Positions 61,404 through 64,000 of a DNA stretch of 64,000 nt are shown here, one piece after another. The DNA is from Candidatus Latescibacterota bacterium (GTDB lineage: Bacteria > Latescibacterota > UBA2968 > UBA8231). Every line of letters starts with the position of its first letter. The stretch's first letter is position 1. The stretch is taken from the NCBI GenBank assembly GCA_965223905.1, contig CBDCXV010000001.1, forward strand, positions 928,001-992,000, read 5' to 3'. The translations under genes and the position numbers were made by a program. Under the pieces are notes generated by a model. It made no database searches. It saw nothing but the letters and a program-made list of their open reading frames with translations, and was not told the DNA's origin.

Positions 61404-62822
61404 TCAAATCGAATCGGATTGATATCCACTGAAAAGATCGTCACAAAAATCATCTTTTGCCAAGTAATTACGAACTAATTCTACGGACCAGGGTTCTTTC
61501 AAACCATTGTTAGAGGTTGAGCTTTCCTGATTTATGGGATTCGGAATGCTTTTTGAAAGGCATTCGACGGAGGCAAAGTTCCCGCTTAGCGAAGTGCCGC
61601 GTCGTTCAAAAAACTCTGACCTGCTAAGGACTATAGACACATCGTCTGTGGGTGCACGCCATTCATACGCTATCGCAACATGCTTAGATACGCGTTCGCC
61701 GTTTGGGAAATAAATAGCTCCAATTAAGCGCAGCGATTGAGGTTCAATTTGCAGTCGCAGTTCTTCCTCAAGTTCCCGTGTTGCACAATTTACCAGCGGA
61801 TCACCGCTGACCGCGTCTTCGCTTCGGACATGACCGCCAGCCCAAATTACTACCTTGTTATGGAGAGGATTATTGGAATGCGTTTCCCTTCGACGAAGAC
61901 GAAGTACCTCTCCGCTTCGATTTCGGACCAAGACAATTGGAAGCGCCTGGACACGAGAATCATCTTTTTCGACCTCATCTCTGGTTTGAAAATTACTACC
62001 CTCCCCATTGCGAAAATATTGAACCAGCTCTTCCGCTTCAGAGCCGGGGATAAAATTTGTCCTGTCAAACATCCTCATTATTTCGGCTTTGGGTGATGAA
62101 AGCACATTTTCGGCAATTTGGTCTTCTACCAAACCAAGGATAATTTCGGTAACGACTTCCGCGGTGCGTTGAGGATTATTTTTGGTTTCCCCACTAGAGG
62201 TGTCTACGGGAAATAAACGAAAAAATCCGCCATCTCCGAGTTCCTTGATACACTGCTGATTTATTTCCTTTATCTGGTCCAAGATCTCCGGATTCATTAT
62301 TGAACCGCTGGACCCTTTCACTGGAAGAACACCCTGCTCGCGTTTCATTGCGTCCTTTGCTGAGGTAAGCATCACAATTACTGCGGTAATTCGTTTCCTC
62401 CAGTCATCTAACGTCAAAAAATCCTTTATTACCTGCTTTTCTTTGCTCCAGATACGGGATATCCGTTCCATCATGGTCATCCAACAGATGGAATCGAAAA
62501 TGCCACGGTCGAGAAAAAGGATTTGGGGATCGTCCGGTCGTGGCGGATTCTGGGTCTTCTCCAGGATCTGACTTAGGGTAGTACAAGCGGTCCAGACATT
62601 GAAATTAGCGTGCTTTTTATCTCGAATTGGACAAACTGATGCACGTTCAATAACGATGTCTGTACGGAATCCACAACGCTTGAAAAATGTTTGGACATGC
62701 GTCAAAGTAGTGGTCTTTCCCGCCTTTGGGACGCCTGCGAATTCGACCACAATCGGGGTGCGTGCTTTATTTTCGAATTGACCCGCGGCTTGCTCCGCGC
62801 GAATTTGAAGATTCGATTTCAT
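61404..62822 (-). CDS. Thymidylate-kinase-like P-loop domain fused to NUDIX hydrolase
   Basis: EFAGVPKAGKTT, LDRGIFD; GGHV..ED...RELEEEL; AT-rich. Confidence 0.8.
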   Translation of the reverse strand: MKSNLQIRAEQAAGQFENKARTPIVVEFAGVPKAGKTTTLTHVQTFFKRCGFRTDIVIERASVCPIRDKKHANFNVWTACTTLSQILEKTQNPPRPDDPQILFLDRGIFDSICWMTMMERISRIWSKEKQVIKDFLTLDDWRKRITAVIVMLTSAKDAMKREQGVLPVKGSSGSIMNPEILDQIKEINQQCIKELGDGGFFRLFPVDTSSGETKNNPQRTAEVVTEIILGLVEDQIAENVLSSPKAEIMRMFDRTNFIPGSEAEELVQYFRNGEGSNFQTRDEVEKDDSRVQALPIVLVRNRSGEVLRLRRRETHSNNPLHNKVVIWAGGHVRSEDAVSGDPLVNCATRELEEELRLQIEPQSLRLIGAIYFPNGERVSKHVAIAYEWRAPTDDVSIVLSRSEFFERRGTSLSGNFASVECLSKSIPNPINQESSTSNNGLKEPWSVELVRNYLAKDDFCDDLFSGYQSDSI

Positions 62823-63084
62823 GAGTTTTCCTCATAGTAAAGCCACTGGAAGTGGGTTTTATGTTGACTTTATTAAACTAGTTGTGAAGTTGGGACCGTC
62901 AGGAAGCCATCAATACGTCCAAGCACATCAAGTGGGTTCCGTAGTTGGCACTTCAAAATGGTCGAAACTTTTGTTAACCACTCCTTGGTTGGACAAATCT
63001 AACCGATTTCCGTTGCAGATAGAATGCTCTTCCCAGGGATTGCCAAGGACCCGTGTAGGAGCGGATTATCTCCCAATCCTCGCC

Positions 63085-63555
63085 CTACCGGCTCGGGCTA
63101 ACCTGCAGCAACTCCTCCTCCCCGTTGCTGGGGGTGCCCTCGACTCCGGTGAGCAGATCCTGCAGGGAGGTGTTTCCCAGCACTCCGTCGACGGCGTGCT
63201 GCACGCGCATCCACAGGCCGCGGATCGAGCAGTCGAAGGAGGAGTGCTGGCAGGCCTCCTCCATGCCGGTGAAGTGGTCGCAGAAACCGGGGTCGTAGAG
63301 GCGTCCACCGAGGGCGCTGAGCACCTCGGCGACCGGGATCAGGGAGGCGTCCCTGGCCAGGGAGTAGCCGCCGTGCTGGCCGCGCTCGCTGTCGATGATG
63401 CCGGCCTGGCGCAGGATGCGCAGGTACTTGGCGGCGCTGTGGGGGGTGATTCCCTCGGACTGCGCGATCTCCGGTATCGTCAGGCTGCCGCCCGGGTTGC
63501 GCGCGAGAGTCAACAGGCAGCGCAGTCCGTACTCTTCCTGTGCACTCAGCTTCAT
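63085..63555 (-). CDS. Rrf2-family (IscR-like) regulator
   Basis: EYGLRCL, SERGQHGGYSLAR, three Cys. Confidence 0.92.
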   Translation of the reverse strand: MKLSAQEEYGLRCLLTLARNPGGSLTIPEIAQSEGITPHSAAKYLRILRQAGIIDSERGQHGGYSLARDASLIPVAEVLSALGGRLYDPGFCDHFTGMEEACQHSSFDCSIRGLWMRVQHAVDGVLGNTSLQDLLTGVEGTPSNGEEELLQVSPSR

Positions 63556-63569
63556 CGCCGCTCTCCTGT

Positions 63570-63902
63570 TCAGAACATGCCCAGTTCCAGCTTGGCCGCG
63601 TCGGACATCATGTCGGTGTTCCAGGGAGGATCCCAGACGACCTCGACCTCGGCCCCCGAGGCTTCGCCGACCTTGTCCTCGATCTTCTGCTGCACCTCGG
63701 GCGGCAGGGTGCCGGCGACCGGGCAGGCCGGCGAGGTCAGGGTCATGGTCACGTGGACCTTGCCGGCCTCGTCGGCGCTGACGTCGTAGATCAGGCCCAG
63801 CTCGTAGATGTCGACCGGGATCTCCGGGTCGTAGCAGGTCTTGAGGACGGCGACCACTTTCTCCTCGACACTCTCGGCCGGGTACTCCTTCTGCATCTGC
63901 AT
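63570..63902 (-). CDS. sufT: Fe-S assembly protein SufT (DUF59)
   Basis: DPEIPVDIYELGLIY, TLTSPACP, VWDPPW. Confidence 0.9.
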   Translation of the reverse strand: MQMQKEYPAESVEEKVVAVLKTCYDPEIPVDIYELGLIYDVSADEAGKVHVTMTLTSPACPVAGTLPPEVQQKIEDKVGEASGAEVEVVWDPPWNTDMMSDAAKLELGMF

Positions 63903-63909
63903 TTTTCCC

Positions 63910-64000
63910 TCACTCTGTAGTTACCGATTGCCTGGCGCCGGCGTCTTCCCGGACGCCGCGGCCCTCGAGGGCCGCCATCATCGCGTGCCATGCCAAGGTT
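63910..64000 (-). CDS. sufU: C-terminus of SufU-like scaffold (partial)
   Basis: TLAWHAMMAAL...VTTE stop, upstream of sufT. Confidence 0.65.
   Translation of the reverse strand, partial: TLAWHAMMAALEGRGVREDAGARQSVTTE

Overview
High-GC bacterial window. The WD40/FlgD-tail secreted proteins, FG-GAP/YWTD/TPR repeats, many PhyH and enolase-superfamily genes and DUF6785 suggest a sponge-symbiont-like Latescibacterota/Gemmatimonadota/Poribacteria-type genome (inference only). 1-12.2 kb is a heavily scarred mobile region: an IS91-family rolling-circle transposase plus two more copies of its ori end, intact IS1380 and IS66 with target duplications, and fragments of PhyH, FG-GAP, FN3, phage-like nuclease and purL genes. 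12.5-18 kb holds a pentapeptide-repeat gene and a translationally coupled pair of STAND-like ATPases (the second with wHTH and 43-aa TPR repeats), preceded by three tandem CAAC-N6-GTTG boxes; this is my best candidate for an undescribed system. 18-29 kb is a WD40-FlgD array with an IS5 insertion, a 1.2-kb tandem duplication and a 3.6-kb segment bounded by recoded 67-bp gene-end repeats. Next come an ECF sigma/anti-sigma/DUF4252/DUF4252-Omp85 operon, sugar-acid catabolism genes, an ABC exporter, a RES toxin-antitoxin pair, a TonB-dependent receptor, a MITE, an NAD salvage cluster (pncA, pncB, nadE) interrupted by a PD-(D/E)XK nuclease, an AT-rich kinase-NUDIX fusion, and the end of a suf operon. 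Single-base frameshifts and abrupt chimeric junctions are common, so assembly artefacts cannot be excluded. No rRNA, tRNA or CRISPR array was seen. All family calls come from motif recognition, not database searches.
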